Assembly: GCA_965200245.1 (NCBI GenBank)
Contig: CBDATS010000015.1
Span: 224,001 to 288,000 of the forward strand
Length of the DNA stretch: 64,000 nt
Reading direction: 5' to 3'
DNA from: a bacterium
GTDB taxonomy: Bacteria; UBA8248
The translations under genes and the position numbers were made by a program. Positions within the stretch are counted from its first letter, which is position 1. Each line of letters starts with the position of its first letter. This document shows, piece by piece, positions 43,289 to 54,568 of this stretch. The notes beneath the pieces were generated by a model. The model was not told where the DNA came from. It did no database searches and worked only from the letters and a program-made list of their open reading frames with translations.

Positions 43289-43570
43289 ATGGCCGAAGTC
43301 ACGTGCCCTCATTGCGGAACCGAAATTTCCGAAGTCCAAGACTGTCCGGCCTGCGGAGAACCTGTAGAAGCAAAGGATACCGGCGAAAGACCATTGAACG
43401 TCATCGACGCCAAGGAGATCGTCGTAAAGGTCACGTGGGGCACGGGCGCTTTGATGCTGTGCGGCGGTCTGGGAGCACTATCCATCGGCGCGACGAAGCC
43501 CGCCGTCGGCCTCCTGGGTCTAGGCAGCCTCCTGTTCGCCGGTTCTTACGCGCTCGATTGGTGGACTTGA
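43289..43570 (+). CDS. Small zinc-ribbon membrane protein
   Basis: CPHCG..CPACG followed by two hydrophobic segments; AAGGAAGGA RBS. Confidence 0.7.
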   Translation: MAEVTCPHCGTEISEVQDCPACGEPVEAKDTGERPLNVIDAKEIVVKVTWGTGALMLCGGLGALSIGATKPAVGLLGLGSLLFAGSYALDWWT

Positions 43571-43587
43571 GAGTACGCATTTGAGTC

Positions 43588-43664
43588 TGGTACCCCCGGC
43601 AGGATTCGAACCTGCGGCCTACGGATTAGGAATCCGGCGCTCTGTCCTGCTGAGCTACGGGGGC
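43588..43664 (-). tRNA. tRNA-Arg (CCT)
   Basis: Reverse complement GCCCCCGTAGCTCAG..CGGA-TTCCTAA-TCCG..GGTTCGAATCC..GGGGGTACCA. Confidence 0.93.
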
Positions 43665-43689
43665 CCGGAACCGCCCTTTGAGGTGCGGA

Positions 43690-44217
43690 TCAATCACATC
43701 GTATCAAAGAGCGCACATGGTGTGGAACAAGTTTTTCTCGTCCGTTTAGAAACGCGAGTTCGATGAGGAAAAGAAAACTGTGAATGTTCCCGCCGAGTGA
43801 TTCGACGAGCGACATGCAGGCGGCGGCGGTACCGCCCGTGGCGAGTACATCGTCGGCGATCAACACCTTCATGCCGGGGGCGATAGCGTCTTTGTGGATT
43901 TCGAGCGTGTCCGTGCCGTATTCGAGTTGATACGTGGCCTGGGTCTTCTCCCAGGGCAGTTTCCCGGGTTTTCTCACCAAAATGAAGCCCGCGCCGAGTT
44001 TGTAGGCCAGAGCCGCTCCGATGATGAAGCCACGAGCCTCGACACCCAAGACGACATCGATTGCCTCATCAACCAAAGGTTCCGCTGCCATATCCACAGC
44101 CTGCTGAAAAGTCTGCGCGTTCTGGAGCATGGGCGTGATATCCTTGAACAAAATGCCTGCCTGTGGAAAATCGGGCACCTCTCGAATATGCGCCAGAAGA
44201 TGACTGATGTCGGACAT
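43690..44217 (-). CDS. apt: Adenine phosphoribosyltransferase
   Basis: [42 protein letters not shown]. Confidence 0.97.
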   Translation of the reverse strand: MSDISHLLAHIREVPDFPQAGILFKDITPMLQNAQTFQQAVDMAAEPLVDEAIDVVLGVEARGFIIGAALAYKLGAGFILVRKPGKLPWEKTQATYQLEYGTDTLEIHKDAIAPGMKVLIADDVLATGGTAAACMSLVESLGGNIHSFLFLIELAFLNGREKLVPHHVRSLIRCD

Positions 44218-44377
44218 GAATCTCACTCCTTGTGGATGAATTTGTTTTTTGTCGCCTCGTGGTGTTCTCAATGGCGGGTGCTTTACAAAGTTCTTTCCCC
44301 GGGTTCCGTTCCAGCGGAAAAGAGAACCTTACATAGCACTCTCTTCACAGCCTGTCATCACGAAAATCGCTGGAATT

Positions 44378-45265
44378 CTACGGCAAGTAGGACAGCGGGT
44401 TCTTCGGTCGCGTGCGATGGCGAATTTCGAAATGAAGTCGTGCGGTTTGGAAACGCGGGGTGCGGCCTGTCAGGGCGATGGGCGTGCCCCGTGAAACCTT
44501 CTGCCCTTTGCGCACGAGATTTTTGGCGACGTTGGCGTAGATGGAGTGGTACTCTCCCCCGTGGTGGCGCAGGATGATGAGTCGCCCCAAGTTTCCGGGA
44601 CCGAAATCAGAATAGATGACACGGCCGGGTGCTGCTGCGCGAACCTGGGTGCGTTCACGGGTGGCGATAAGGATACCATCCGCCTTTTTACCACCTCGCG
44701 TTCCAAAGCGGCGGATGACGCGCCCGCGCAACGGCCAGGAAAATTTTGGGCCTTTGCCGCGCGGCCTGTAGTACGGCGTTCTTCGCTTGCCCACGCGATG
44801 TTTTTGCACTGTGCTTTTTGATTTTCTGGATGGTTTCCTAGTCGGTTTTGAATGCACCTTATGACGCGGCGACGACTTACGGGGATGGGGAGCCGCCCAA
44901 CTCGGTCGGCGTTTGGGCGGCGTGGAACTGACGTTTTTCCGGACAAGTCTTACGCTTTTCGCACCCGGGATGAAGAGTCGCACGCCCGTCTCCACGCGAG
45001 ATGGGTTATCGATGCCGTTAAGCACGGCGATTTGTTCAATTTCCACGCCATAGGCGCGCCCGATGAGCCAGAGGTTCTCGCCTCGTTTTACAGTGTGGTA
45101 AATGCCGCCGACGTCGCGGCTGCTTTTCGTGGGCGGCGGCAAAGGGGGGGCAACGAAAGCGCAACCGGTGAGCAAGCAGAGAAAGAAGACTAATGCGTTA
45201 CGTCGCATTGCGCGCCATCCTTGCAAAATCAAAGCAGGCGAAATGTGTAATATCTTCCAGTTCAC
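44378..45265 (-). CDS. nlpD: LysM/M23 lipoprotein, NlpD-like
   Basis: Lipobox LLTGC, LysM YHTVKRGENLW..LNGI, M23 FSWPLRG..AAAPGRV..LHFEIR; alternative start 45208. Confidence 0.8.
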   Translation of the reverse strand: MNWKILHISPALILQGWRAMRRNALVFFLCLLTGCAFVAPPLPPPTKSSRDVGGIYHTVKRGENLWLIGRAYGVEIEQIAVLNGIDNPSRVETGVRLFIPGAKSVRLVRKNVSSTPPKRRPSWAAPHPRKSSPRHKVHSKPTRKPSRKSKSTVQKHRVGKRRTPYYRPRGKGPKFSWPLRGRVIRRFGTRGGKKADGILIATRERTQVRAAAPGRVIYSDFGPGNLGRLIILRHHGGEYHSIYANVAKNLVRKGQKVSRGTPIALTGRTPRFQTARLHFEIRHRTRPKNPLSYLP

Positions 45266-45273
45266 AACTTCCC

Positions 45274-45723
45274 TTATGTATCGCCCAAGGCCATTCGTAC
45301 AGCTTCACGGGCGCTCGTCGCCAGGATGACTCCCTCAGGGCTGTTCTCGTGTCCCAGGGAAACGACCCGCTTGCCGAGTTTTAGTCCTATAGCGATTTCG
45401 GAAAGAGTGCCGTACGCGCCTGCCACAGCGATAAGTGAATGGGCCGTCGCCGCAATGATGACGTTTCGGGCGTGGCCCATGCCGGTGACGATGGGAATGT
45501 CAACAAAAGGGTTGGCGGATTGCGCGTCATAAGATGGCAGGACACCCACTGTGAGGCCGCCCGCTCCTTTCGCCCCGCGCGCCGCGGCCTGCATGACGCC
45601 TCCCAGACCGCCGCACACCAAGACAGCGCCTGCATTCGCAATTTCAGCACCCGCCTCCTCTGCCAGAATTACCGTTCCAGGAACCGGATCCGAATCGCCG
45701 ATGACGCCGATGATGGTTCGCAT
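45274..45723 (-). CDS. LOG family (TIGR00725-type) nucleotide-binding protein
   Basis: CGGLGGVMQAAARGA, TGMGHARN, GAYGTLSEIA. Confidence 0.88.
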   Translation of the reverse strand: MRTIIGVIGDSDPVPGTVILAEEAGAEIANAGAVLVCGGLGGVMQAAARGAKGAGGLTVGVLPSYDAQSANPFVDIPIVTGMGHARNVIIAATAHSLIAVAGAYGTLSEIAIGLKLGKRVVSLGHENSPEGVILATSAREAVRMALGDT

Positions 45724-45895
45724 AAAATAATCCCGGGGCGGACGTCATTCTTTTTGATTGTATCGGGCGTGCGGCATACGTCAAGTGGCGGTGAAACTCT
45801 CCCCTGGCTGTAGCGCAATTTGAGAGTGTTCATCTCGTGATCCAGTTGAACGTATTCGGCTCCGCCTGTACCTAACCCAATATGCGGGGATACGC

Positions 45896-47083
45896 CTATC
45901 CTCCTTCTGGAATGATCACTCTCTTGTTGTGATCCGCGGGCAGTCCGGTATTCAGTGTGTGCAGCATCCAGTCCGCAATGGCGGGATACATGTCCGCAGC
46001 GACCTCGCCCATGGGATGAAAAACGCCTTCATACAGCCATAGCTCGCGCGGGCAGGTGAGGTGCTCAAAGAACACGTCGATGTCGTCGGGCGTGCAGAGT
46101 TCGTCCATGTCACCAGCCACAAGCAGATAGTTCGATTTCATCTTGCCCACCAGCGGCAGCCAGATGCTGTCACGTTCCTCGACGAACTCATCGAATTCGT
46201 CCTCATCGAGAATGTTCGTCATGTACATGTAGATTCGTTTGAAGTTAGGTTGAGCCTGGTTGAAAATAATGTCCGAAGGCCCCACGTTCGCCATCTGGCC
46301 GACCACGGTGTTCACGCGTTCGTCCTGGGCAGCGATTTCCACCGTCCAGCGGCTGCCCATGCTCATGCCCATGATGCCGATTCTGGAGGAATCCACCTCT
46401 TCGCGCTCCGTAAGCCAGTCGATGACCTTGCTGCCCGCGCGCGCGTAGTTATGGTGATCCACCCATACCTGGTTGATGTTGCACTCGCCCTGCCCCGGGC
46501 CGTCCATGATGGCGAAGTTCATGCCGCGCATATGGAACCAGTTGTTGTAGGGCAAAAGGCCGTCTTCCTTGATCATGTCCATTCCGGGTATGAGCAGAAC
46601 GGTGGGTCTGGGGCCATCCGCCTCGGCGGGCCAGAAATAAAAGTACGCGTTCTTGCCGGGGGCGAATTCTACCTGGTGCTTTTCGATGTCGCCGCCCCGG
46701 AGTTCGCGCATCTTGTCGAAACAGCGCGAAACACCCGCGTAGTATTCCTTCTTGCGCGGATGGCCATCCACGGGGATGAGGTGCTGGCCGCGTCCGTAGC
46801 AAAGGCCCGCCCGGTTGTAGTGCATGGCGGCAGTCACGAAGTTCCCCTCCCCTACTGCCGCTTTCGCTTTTTTCTCCTGCAGAGCAGCCTGTTTGCCCCA
46901 CAGCAGGGGTATGGAACGTCTGCCCGAGACTTTCGAATAGACGGCTTCCAGGTCTTGGTGCCGGAAACCCCTCTCATAACGCGTGCCCATAATACCTGGG
47001 TGGAGAACGTCTTCGTTGTCTGAGAGCTTGAGGAAATTATCGAAAATCCAGTTCTGATTCGCACGTGATGCCTGTCTTCTCAT
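45896..47083 (-). CDS. Alpha/beta hydrolase (FrsA/2,6-dihydroxy-pseudo-oxynicotine hydrolase-like)
   Basis: PGMDMIKE, DGPGQGE, nucleophile GMSMG, GDMDEL, catalytic His GVFH. Confidence 0.8.
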   Translation of the reverse strand: MRRQASRANQNWIFDNFLKLSDNEDVLHPGIMGTRYERGFRHQDLEAVYSKVSGRRSIPLLWGKQAALQEKKAKAAVGEGNFVTAAMHYNRAGLCYGRGQHLIPVDGHPRKKEYYAGVSRCFDKMRELRGGDIEKHQVEFAPGKNAYFYFWPAEADGPRPTVLLIPGMDMIKEDGLLPYNNWFHMRGMNFAIMDGPGQGECNINQVWVDHHNYARAGSKVIDWLTEREEVDSSRIGIMGMSMGSRWTVEIAAQDERVNTVVGQMANVGPSDIIFNQAQPNFKRIYMYMTNILDEDEFDEFVEERDSIWLPLVGKMKSNYLLVAGDMDELCTPDDIDVFFEHLTCPRELWLYEGVFHPMGEVAADMYPAIADWMLHTLNTGLPADHNKRVIIPEGG

Positions 47084-47367
47084 ACCGCCACTTCTCCTTT
47101 CCTGTGTGTGATGAGACGAGCCTTCCCCTCACCACTTTCAAACAGAGATAACACCGGATTCAACGCGCTATATTCATGCAGGAGCCATCGCGGGTCAACT
47201 GTTCGAGCGCAACACCTGAGATGTGTCATTATATTTGCCGAATCCACTTTTTTTTTGTAGATTTGCAACCTCGTGTTTTCAAAACGACAGGGATCGTGAG
47301 TCTTCTTGGAAGACCTCTTGAGCCCCTGCCGACATTTATTCTTTTTTGATGAAAGAGGGACTTTGAA

Positions 47368-48678
47368 ATGACAGAAGAAACAGTGGAGATACTGGAACTC
47401 AGCAATGATGAATCAATCGTCCTTCATGCCGGATTTCGCAAGGACCCCACCACGAATGCCGTGGCCGTACCAATTTACCAAACGTCCTCCTACCAGTTCG
47501 ACAGTACGGACCACGCGGCCAATCTTTTCGCGCTAAAAGAACTCGGCAACATCTACACGCGAATAATGAATCCCACGAACGACGTGCTGGAAAAACGCCT
47601 TTCCGCACTTGAGGGCGGCGTCGGTGGCCTCGCCGTTTCCTCGGGCCAGTCGGCCTCGATGATGGCCGTGATGAACGTGGCCCGCGCAGGGGACAACATC
47701 GTGAGTTCGACGGACCTCTACGGCGGCACATGGAACCTCTTCGCAAACCAGTTGGAGGACATCGGCATCGAGTGCCGTTTCGTGGATCCAGAAGACCCGG
47801 AGAATTTCGTCAAAGCGACGGATGACAAGACACGCGCTTACTATGCGGAAACGCTGCCAAACCCGAAACTGCACGTATTCCCGATCCAGGAAGTCTCGGA
47901 CCTCGGACGCGACCTGGGGATTCCACTCATCATGGACAACACGGCGGCTCATGGCCTCTGCAAGCCCTTCGAGCACGGCGCAGCCGTCATTGCCTCCTCC
48001 TGCACGAAATACATCGGCGGGCACGGCAATTCCATAGGTGGCATCATCATCGATAGCGGTACCTTCGACTGGGCGGCGCATCCTGAAAGGCAGCCCTACC
48101 TCAATCAACCGGACCCGAGCTACCACGGCGCCGTGTGGACAGAAGCCGTCGCTCCGCTCGGCCCCATCGCCTACATCATCAAGGCGCGCGTTACGCTGCT
48201 GCGCGATTCCGGCCAGGCGATGAGCCCGTTCAACACTTTTCTGTTCCTGCAAGGCCTCGAAACCCTGCCACTGCGTATGGAGCGTCATTGCCAAAACGCC
48301 GCCGCCGTGGCGGATTACCTGAATGACCACCCCAAGGTCAATACCACGATTTATCCGGGTCTCATGGACGGGGAATTCCGCCGCCGTGCAGATACGTATC
48401 TCAATGGCGGCTACGGCGGCCTGTGCGGAATCGACCTCACCGGTGGCTACGAAGCTGGCCAGAACTTCATCAACTCGCTCAAGATGTTCTACCACGTGGC
48501 GAACATTGGCGATTCGAGGAGCCTTGCCATCCATCCGGCGAGCACCACGCACTCCCAACTCAGCCCCGAAGTGCAGGAGCAAACGGGCGTGACGCCGGGC
48601 TACGTGCGGCTTTCCATCGGTATCGAGCATATCGATGACATCATCGCCGATCTGGAACAAGCCCTGGACGCCGCGTAA
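47368..48678 (+). CDS. metY: O-acetylhomoserine sulfhydrylase, copy 1
   Basis: PIYQTSSY, IYTRIMNPT, LYGGT, MDNT, SCTKYIGGHG, HVANIGD, HPASTTHSQL. Confidence 0.93.
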   Translation: MTEETVEILELSNDESIVLHAGFRKDPTTNAVAVPIYQTSSYQFDSTDHAANLFALKELGNIYTRIMNPTNDVLEKRLSALEGGVGGLAVSSGQSASMMAVMNVARAGDNIVSSTDLYGGTWNLFANQLEDIGIECRFVDPEDPENFVKATDDKTRAYYAETLPNPKLHVFPIQEVSDLGRDLGIPLIMDNTAAHGLCKPFEHGAAVIASSCTKYIGGHGNSIGGIIIDSGTFDWAAHPERQPYLNQPDPSYHGAVWTEAVAPLGPIAYIIKARVTLLRDSGQAMSPFNTFLFLQGLETLPLRMERHCQNAAAVADYLNDHPKVNTTIYPGLMDGEFRRRADTYLNGGYGGLCGIDLTGGYEAGQNFINSLKMFYHVANIGDSRSLAIHPASTTHSQLSPEVQEQTGVTPGYVRLSIGIEHIDDIIADLEQALDAA

Positions 48679-48706
48679 CGTATCCCAGTCAAAATTGAAA
48701 GAAACT

Positions 48707-48741
48707 AAAAGGGGCGTCCCGCAATGGGGCGCCTCTTTTTT
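48707..48741. terminator. Rho-independent terminator, possibly bidirectional
   Basis: AAAA-GGGGCGTCCC-GCAA-TGGGGCGCCTC-TTTTTT after the metY stop, facing tRNA-Pro. Confidence 0.8.
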
Positions 48742-49013
48742 GAGAGTGAGCAGCAAGTTGCCGGCTTCGAGTGAGAAACAGTGTCGATGAGATTTTTGTC
48801 AGTGTGGAATCGATAATTTCTCGACTCGGTACTTTCGGAAAATGATCTAAAGTATTTTACTATAGAATATACCGTATTCGATTGATATTTCTTGTTGAAT
48901 CCTGTCCATGCAAGATGAAAATATCAAGTTTTACTTTAAGCATTGAGAGCCCGACGGTTTCCCAGAGAGATTCGCACTGTGCTTCAGGGCAATGAATCTA
49001 AGGGTTGAGAAAA

Positions 49014-49090
<77 letters not shown>

Positions 49091-49123
49091 ACACAACCTG
49101 AGAGACGACCGTTTCAATTCTTG

Positions 49124-49804
49124 CTATGGCTTCTCCCATCCGTATTTTCCCACAAGTTTCACAAAAACACAGTTCACCAATTTCTCGGGCGGGCGCACCT
49201 CGCCGGATTTCGAAAAGCAGTATCGCATAAGGGTTTGCTTTTCCCCTTCTCCCAGAGGCATGACGATACGCCCCCCGGGGGCGATTTGCTGCTTCCAAGG
49301 CGCAGGCACACTAGGTGCAGATGCCGCGCTCACGATGACGTCGAAAGGCGCCTCTTCTGGCCAGCCGTACGTGCCGTCCGCCGTCCAGAGCATATAATTT
49401 GTCAGGCCGAAAGAATCAAGCCGCTTTCGGGCTCTCATCGCAAGTTCCGGCACCCGTTCTATGGCGCGGACGGAGCCGGCGAGTCTCCCGAGAAGCGCAG
49501 TAAGGTAACCAGAACCCGCTCCGATCTCGAGCACCTTTTCGGAGCCTTGGAGTTCCAGCGCCTCGAGCGTGGCCGCCACCATGTAGGGTTGCGAGATTGT
49601 CTGCCCTTGTCCGATGGGCAGTGCCTTGTCGGCGTAAGCGGCTTCAAGGAATATCTCGGGCGTAAAATGATGCCTCGGCACCTCGTACAGGGCCTGAATG
49701 ACGCGGGTGTCGGTAATGCCCCTGGCGATGATCTGGTTCTCCACCATCTGCTCGCGCGCGCGCCGCCAGCGATCCTCACCTTTGCCGTTTAATGAAATTG
49801 CCAA
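49124..49804 (-). CDS. pcm: Protein-L-isoaspartate O-methyltransferase
   Basis: [46 protein letters not shown]. Confidence 0.95.
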   Translation of the reverse strand: MAISLNGKGEDRWRRAREQMVENQIIARGITDTRVIQALYEVPRHHFTPEIFLEAAYADKALPIGQGQTISQPYMVAATLEALELQGSEKVLEIGAGSGYLTALLGRLAGSVRAIERVPELAMRARKRLDSFGLTNYMLWTADGTYGWPEEAPFDVIVSAASAPSVPAPWKQQIAPGGRIVMPLGEGEKQTLMRYCFSKSGEVRPPEKLVNCVFVKLVGKYGWEKP

Positions 49805-50529
49805 GACCCCAGCCCTTTTATCGCGTCATGGTCTGTGAGATTTGATCTTGAGGAGCGTAATGGATCCCCGTTTGTTCGAGATCGCCTGGAAATCCGTGTC
49901 CGGTTCGTTCTCCTAGCGGGGATTGAATCCCCTGCCCGGTAATACTCCCGGCTGCGCGGATTGATTTCCTCGACGATAGCTTCCCGGTAGACATGCTTGC
50001 CCCCGCAGGTGGTCCACTCTGCCAAACATTCTTGAGGAGAGATGTTCCGGGCGTTGACAATCAGGAATATGCCCGGTACCAGTCTCCCGGATATTACTTC
50101 CCTTCTGCTCGCACGCGCAACTTTTTTCGCCAGGTCATACAGGAACCTCTTCCCGTCCTCGTGGACAAGGGAGGTCGCCAAAGCGACAACCCAAGGCGGG
50201 TGGCCTCCATTGCCGTGGCCACGGTTCCCGGGCAAGTGATGTCGACGCCCGGATTCCTCCCACAAGTGATACCGGAGAGGAACTTGTCGGGGCTCTTCTC
50301 TTTGAGCAAGCCGTTCAGGGAGGGGGTCACACAATCGGTGGGCACGCCATCCAATTCGAGCCAGCCGTGCGCGAATTCGTTGACACGCAGGGTGTGGTGC
50401 AGGCTTCGGGAATGCCCCGGGCTCTGTCTCCTGCATGGGGCTACGACGATCAACTCTCCCAATAGAGCGAGACCGACATAGGTTTTCTGAGTCGATGCCG
50501 CCATCGTTGCAGCGAAGTGGTCGAACCAT
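49789..50529 (-). pseudogene. surE: Degraded 5'/3'-nucleotidase SurE
   Basis: SurE motifs split over two frames (CNDGGID; VVAP..QS..SLHHTLRV..DGVPTDCV..SGITCGRN..GTVATAMEA; ALATSL..INPRSREYY); directly upstream of pcm. Confidence 0.85.
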
Positions 50530-50718
50530 GGCCTTTCAAACAGGGTGCGGGGCGGGCACGAGCATCACAAATGGGATTATGTTCCAGCCGGGGAGGCAAA
50601 ATCAATGCTCCTAACAAGAATTCACCTCCTTGTGAGGCCTTTCATTGGGGTTGCTGCTTGCTTTAATGAATTTTACAGATTACAAAATCGGAATCATGCC
50701 TTTTTTGAGGGAGCACAC

Positions 50719-52038
50719 ATGAGCAAAGATTCCGGGCCCGAGAAACCGGCCCTGAGGTCGTTTCACTTCGACACCACCGCCCTCCATGCGGGTGCACGGC
50801 CCGACCCCGCGACCGGCGCCAGAGCAGTGCCGATCTACCAATCCACCGGCTTCGTTTTCGACGACGACAAACATGCCGCGGGTCTTTTTGCCCTGCAGGA
50901 TTACGGATACATCTACTCGCGCATCGGAAATCCCACCATCAGCACCTTCGAGGAACGCATCGCCGCCTTGGAGGGAGGCGTTGGCGCACTGGCGACGGCC
51001 TCTGGCCAGGCCGCCCAGTTCATCGCGCTGTTCACTTTGACGAATCCGGGGGATGAAATCGTTTCCTCCGCGGCCCTCTACGGAGGTACCTACACGCAGT
51101 TTGACATCACACTCAGAAAACTCGGCATCCATACGACATTCGTCGATCCGACGAAGCCGGAGGACTTTCAGGCCGCGGTGACGGAGAAAACGCGGGTCAT
51201 ATATTGCGAAACGATCGGGAATCCGGCCACCAACATCGCCGATTTAGAGGCGCTGGCAAAAATCGCGAACAATGCGGGCGTTCCCCTCGTGGTGGACAAC
51301 ACCTTCGCGACCCCCTACCTGTGCCGCCCCATCGAATGGGGGGCAGACATCGTTTTGCATTCGGCCACGAAATTCATCGACGGGCACGGCACTAGCATTG
51401 GAGGTGTTATTGTAGATTCGGGTCGCTTCAACTGGGCGAATGGTAAATTTCCCGGCATGATCGATCCTTCGCCAGGCTATCATGGGCTGCGTTTCTTCGA
51501 GACTTTTGGCGAGTTAGGCTTCCTCATGAAGGCGCGTGCGGAGAGCCTGCGCGACATCGGGTCGTGCCTAGGCCCGTTCAACGGTTTTTTGTTCGTCCAA
51601 GGTCTGGAAACCATGAGCCTGCGTATGGGGCGTCATTGCGAGAACGCACAAAAAGTGGCTGAGAATCTCGTGCAGGATTCGCGTATCAGTTTTGTGAGTT
51701 ATCCTGGACTACCCACAAGTCCCGAGTTTGAGAAGGCAAAAAAATATCTGCCGAACGGACAAGGCGCCGTCTTTTCCTTTGGTATCCGGGGCGGTTTCGA
51801 GGCGGCCGTCCGATTCATCAACGCGCTTCAACTGCACAGCCATCTCGCGAACGTGGGCGACGCAAAGAGCCTTATCATCCATCCGGCTTCTACGACGCAC
51901 GCCCAGTTGAGCGAAGAGGACATGAAGGCGGGAAACATCACGCCCGACCTCATCCGCATATCGGTAGGCCTCGAACACATCGACGACATCCTGTGGGATC
52001 TCGACCAGGCTCTTGATGCGGCGACAAGGAACGTGTGA
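50719..52038 (+). CDS. metY: O-acetylhomoserine sulfhydrylase, copy 2
   Basis: [48 protein letters not shown]; GAGGGAG RBS. Confidence 0.93.
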   Translation: MSKDSGPEKPALRSFHFDTTALHAGARPDPATGARAVPIYQSTGFVFDDDKHAAGLFALQDYGYIYSRIGNPTISTFEERIAALEGGVGALATASGQAAQFIALFTLTNPGDEIVSSAALYGGTYTQFDITLRKLGIHTTFVDPTKPEDFQAAVTEKTRVIYCETIGNPATNIADLEALAKIANNAGVPLVVDNTFATPYLCRPIEWGADIVLHSATKFIDGHGTSIGGVIVDSGRFNWANGKFPGMIDPSPGYHGLRFFETFGELGFLMKARAESLRDIGSCLGPFNGFLFVQGLETMSLRMGRHCENAQKVAENLVQDSRISFVSYPGLPTSPEFEKAKKYLPNGQGAVFSFGIRGGFEAAVRFINALQLHSHLANVGDAKSLIIHPASTTHAQLSEEDMKAGNITPDLIRISVGLEHIDDILWDLDQALDAATRNV

Positions 52039-52517
52039 TGGAATTTCCCGAATTCCAGGACCCGCTCACGATTCGTCATATCCTGTCGAATCACCGCCGT
52101 GTGGCGATGGTGGGACTCTCGGCGAACGAATCGAGACCGAGTTATTTCGTGGGCTATTACCTGCAAAGAATGGGATTCGAGGTAATCCCGGTTAACCCAA
52201 GATACGAACGTATTCTAGGCCGAAAATCCTACCCCGATCTCACATCGATACCAGACCCGCCCGATGTGGTGGACGTATTCCGCAAACCGGATGAAATTTC
52301 GGAAGTCGTCGAGGAGGCACTGGCGGTCGGCGCCAAATCCCTCTGGCTGCAATTCGGCGTGGTGAACGAGCGCCAAGCCGAACACGCACGAGCGGCGGGC
52401 CTTCTCGTCGTCATGGACAAATGCATGAAGATTGAGCATGGCCGTCTGAGAGGCGGTTTGCACACGGCGGGAATGAGGACGGGCGTTATTTCGACGCGCA
52501 GGAATCCGCTGGTCTAG
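52035..52517 (+). CDS. CoA-binding protein (YccU-like)
   Basis: VAMVGLSA..RPSYFV, IPVNP, VDVFR, LWLQFGV, VVMDKCMKIEH. Confidence 0.9.
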   Translation: MMEFPEFQDPLTIRHILSNHRRVAMVGLSANESRPSYFVGYYLQRMGFEVIPVNPRYERILGRKSYPDLTSIPDPPDVVDVFRKPDEISEVVEEALAVGAKSLWLQFGVVNERQAEHARAAGLLVVMDKCMKIEHGRLRGGLHTAGMRTGVISTRRNPLV

Positions 52518-52634
52518 CCCCATAATTGGAGATACACTTGGTTTTCTGTTAGTTATGGGGTTTGCAAACCCCTCGAAAATCATTTACAAATTTTGCTGAA
52601 GCATGAAGTCTAGCCGATTCTGCGCGGGGACAAC

Positions 52635-53466
52635 ATGACTAGGCTCAAAATCTTGATTCTGGGACTTCAGTTGTTTCCCCTGTGCGTGGTTTCAGTTCTC
52701 GCTGCAGAAAGAAAAACCCTTATACACATGAGCGCGTTTCCGATAAAAGCGCTTTCAGCGAGCACTTCAGTCGACTTGCCTCAAATCGTTTTCCCTCGTG
52801 GAAGAAAAGTCTACCTAAAGGACCTCCGTCTGATGATGCCGGGAGATCACATAGTTACGACTGCGAATTCGAGAGCGAGTATTCGTTTTTGGCGCCGCCG
52901 GGACTGCCTCCTCATCCTGGAGCCGAACACGTCCTTCAAATTCATGACATTGAAGAAAGGTGTGTATTCGGCGAATCTGGACATGGGCGCGGTGAAGTGC
53001 CAGAAGGCTTCCTGCGGTTTGAACTTGAGCGTCATGACGCCTGCGGCAAAACTGCACGGAGAGAGTGCGGAATTCCTCCTCCAGGCGTATCGGGGATTCA
53101 CCACGGTAGTGCTCAAAAAAGGATCGTTGCGGTTATTTGTCGGAGGGCAGACTTTCGCATTGCGCAAGATGACGCGTACGACGGTTTCGAAGACGGGTGC
53201 CCACCGGGTCACCGCAATATCCACCGACGACCTAGATATCCCCGGCCTTTTTTCCCTCTTCCCGGACTTCATGCATCTCCTCCACAACGCCGGTTACGGA
53301 AAAACCTGTTATTTCTCCGACCTTGAAGTTGCCACGCCCTTGACGAACACTACGCTTAAGCCTTACTACATTGCATGTGATATTTCTTTCAGTGAAGAAC
53401 CGGCACGGTTCGCAGCCCATCAACCAAGCGAGCCCGGGTCTTGGTGGGAGTATCTCTTTTCGGGGT

Positions 53467-53489
<23 letters not shown>
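52635..53489 (+). CDS. Exported FecR-like beta-domain hypothetical protein
   Basis: Signal-like N-terminus; [39 protein letters not shown] resembles FecR; stop lies inside the tRNA. Confidence 0.5.
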
Positions 53490-53543
<54 letters not shown>

Positions 53544-53593
53544 TTTTCCGCATCGACGACTCCTGTATCGCATATCCTCCGAGGTGACGAGAG

Positions 53594-54502
53594 GTGGAAC
53601 TTGGTTTCATCGGTTTGGGACGGATGGGGAGTGAGATTTGTCTCCATCTCATCCGAGCTGGTCATGAAGTAACAGCCTACGACATCCGAACAGAAGCTAC
53701 ACTTGAGGCTGAGAGCAAAGGTGCGCGCGCAGGACGGAGTCCGGCGGATGTCGCTTCCCGTTCGGAGGTCGTTTTCACGTCTTTGCCGCATCCAGACATT
53801 TCGCGCGAAGTGGTTCTGGGCGAAGAAGGAATACTGGCGGGCGCGCGAGACGGCGCGCTTCTGGCGGAAACGAGCACCGTCTCCCCTTCCCTCGTTCAGG
53901 AACTCGCTCCCAAAGTAAAGGCGCAAGGGGTTGACCTGATGGACGCCGCCGTGAGTGGCGGCGTACAAGGGGCCCAAGCCGGTACCCTCACGCTGATGGT
54001 CGGAGGAAGCGAAGCGGGATTCGAACGGCTAAAACCATTACTTGCTCATTTTGGAAAGAACTTCTTCCATTGCGGCACATCGGGCATGGGTATGCTGTTC
54101 AAGGTGGTGAACAACATGCTCTCGCACGTGAACCTCGCGGTGCTTGCCGAAGCCATGGCTCTCGGCGTAGCAGCCGGGGCTGACCCCGATTTGCTTTGTG
54201 ACGTCATCGCCGTCAGTTCTGGCCGCAGCCGCCAAGTGGAAGACAGGCTCAGGAAGCACATCCTCCGGGGTGAGTTCACGCCCGGCATGACGACCAACCT
54301 CGCGACGAAAGATTCCGATCTATGTCTTGAGCTTGCCCGCGAACTCCGCGTTCCCACTTTCATCGCCAGTGCATCGCATCACGTATACGAAATGGCGATT
54401 CAGAAAGGGTACGGAGCCGAAGAATACGCTTCGCTCATTAAACTGTGGGAGGAATGGCTGGATATCCAAGTACGCTCCTCCGACGCAAAGCGAAAATCCT
54501 GA
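53594..54502 (+). CDS. 3-hydroxyisobutyrate/tartronate semialdehyde reductase family dehydrogenase
   Basis: [39 protein letters not shown]. Confidence 0.88.
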   Translation: MELGFIGLGRMGSEICLHLIRAGHEVTAYDIRTEATLEAESKGARAGRSPADVASRSEVVFTSLPHPDISREVVLGEEGILAGARDGALLAETSTVSPSLVQELAPKVKAQGVDLMDAAVSGGVQGAQAGTLTLMVGGSEAGFERLKPLLAHFGKNFFHCGTSGMGMLFKVVNNMLSHVNLAVLAEAMALGVAAGADPDLLCDVIAVSSGRSRQVEDRLRKHILRGEFTPGMTTNLATKDSDLCLELARELRVPTFIASASHHVYEMAIQKGYGAEEYASLIKLWEEWLDIQVRSSDAKRKS

Positions 54503-54568
54503 GAACCACTCCAGAACCTTCAGGATGGCGAAATGCCTTGCCGCTCCCCACAGTGAAGGATAACGCCG

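Noticed and set aside
47084-47367. SAM/SAH riboswitch upstream of metY
   Set aside because: No recognisable SAM-I, SAM-II or SAH consensus by eye
47533-48756. Long antisense ORFs (also 10167-11009, 24392-25294, 37012-37845, 46061-47023)
   Set aside because: Shadow frames of well-supported GC-rich genes with no recognisable motifs
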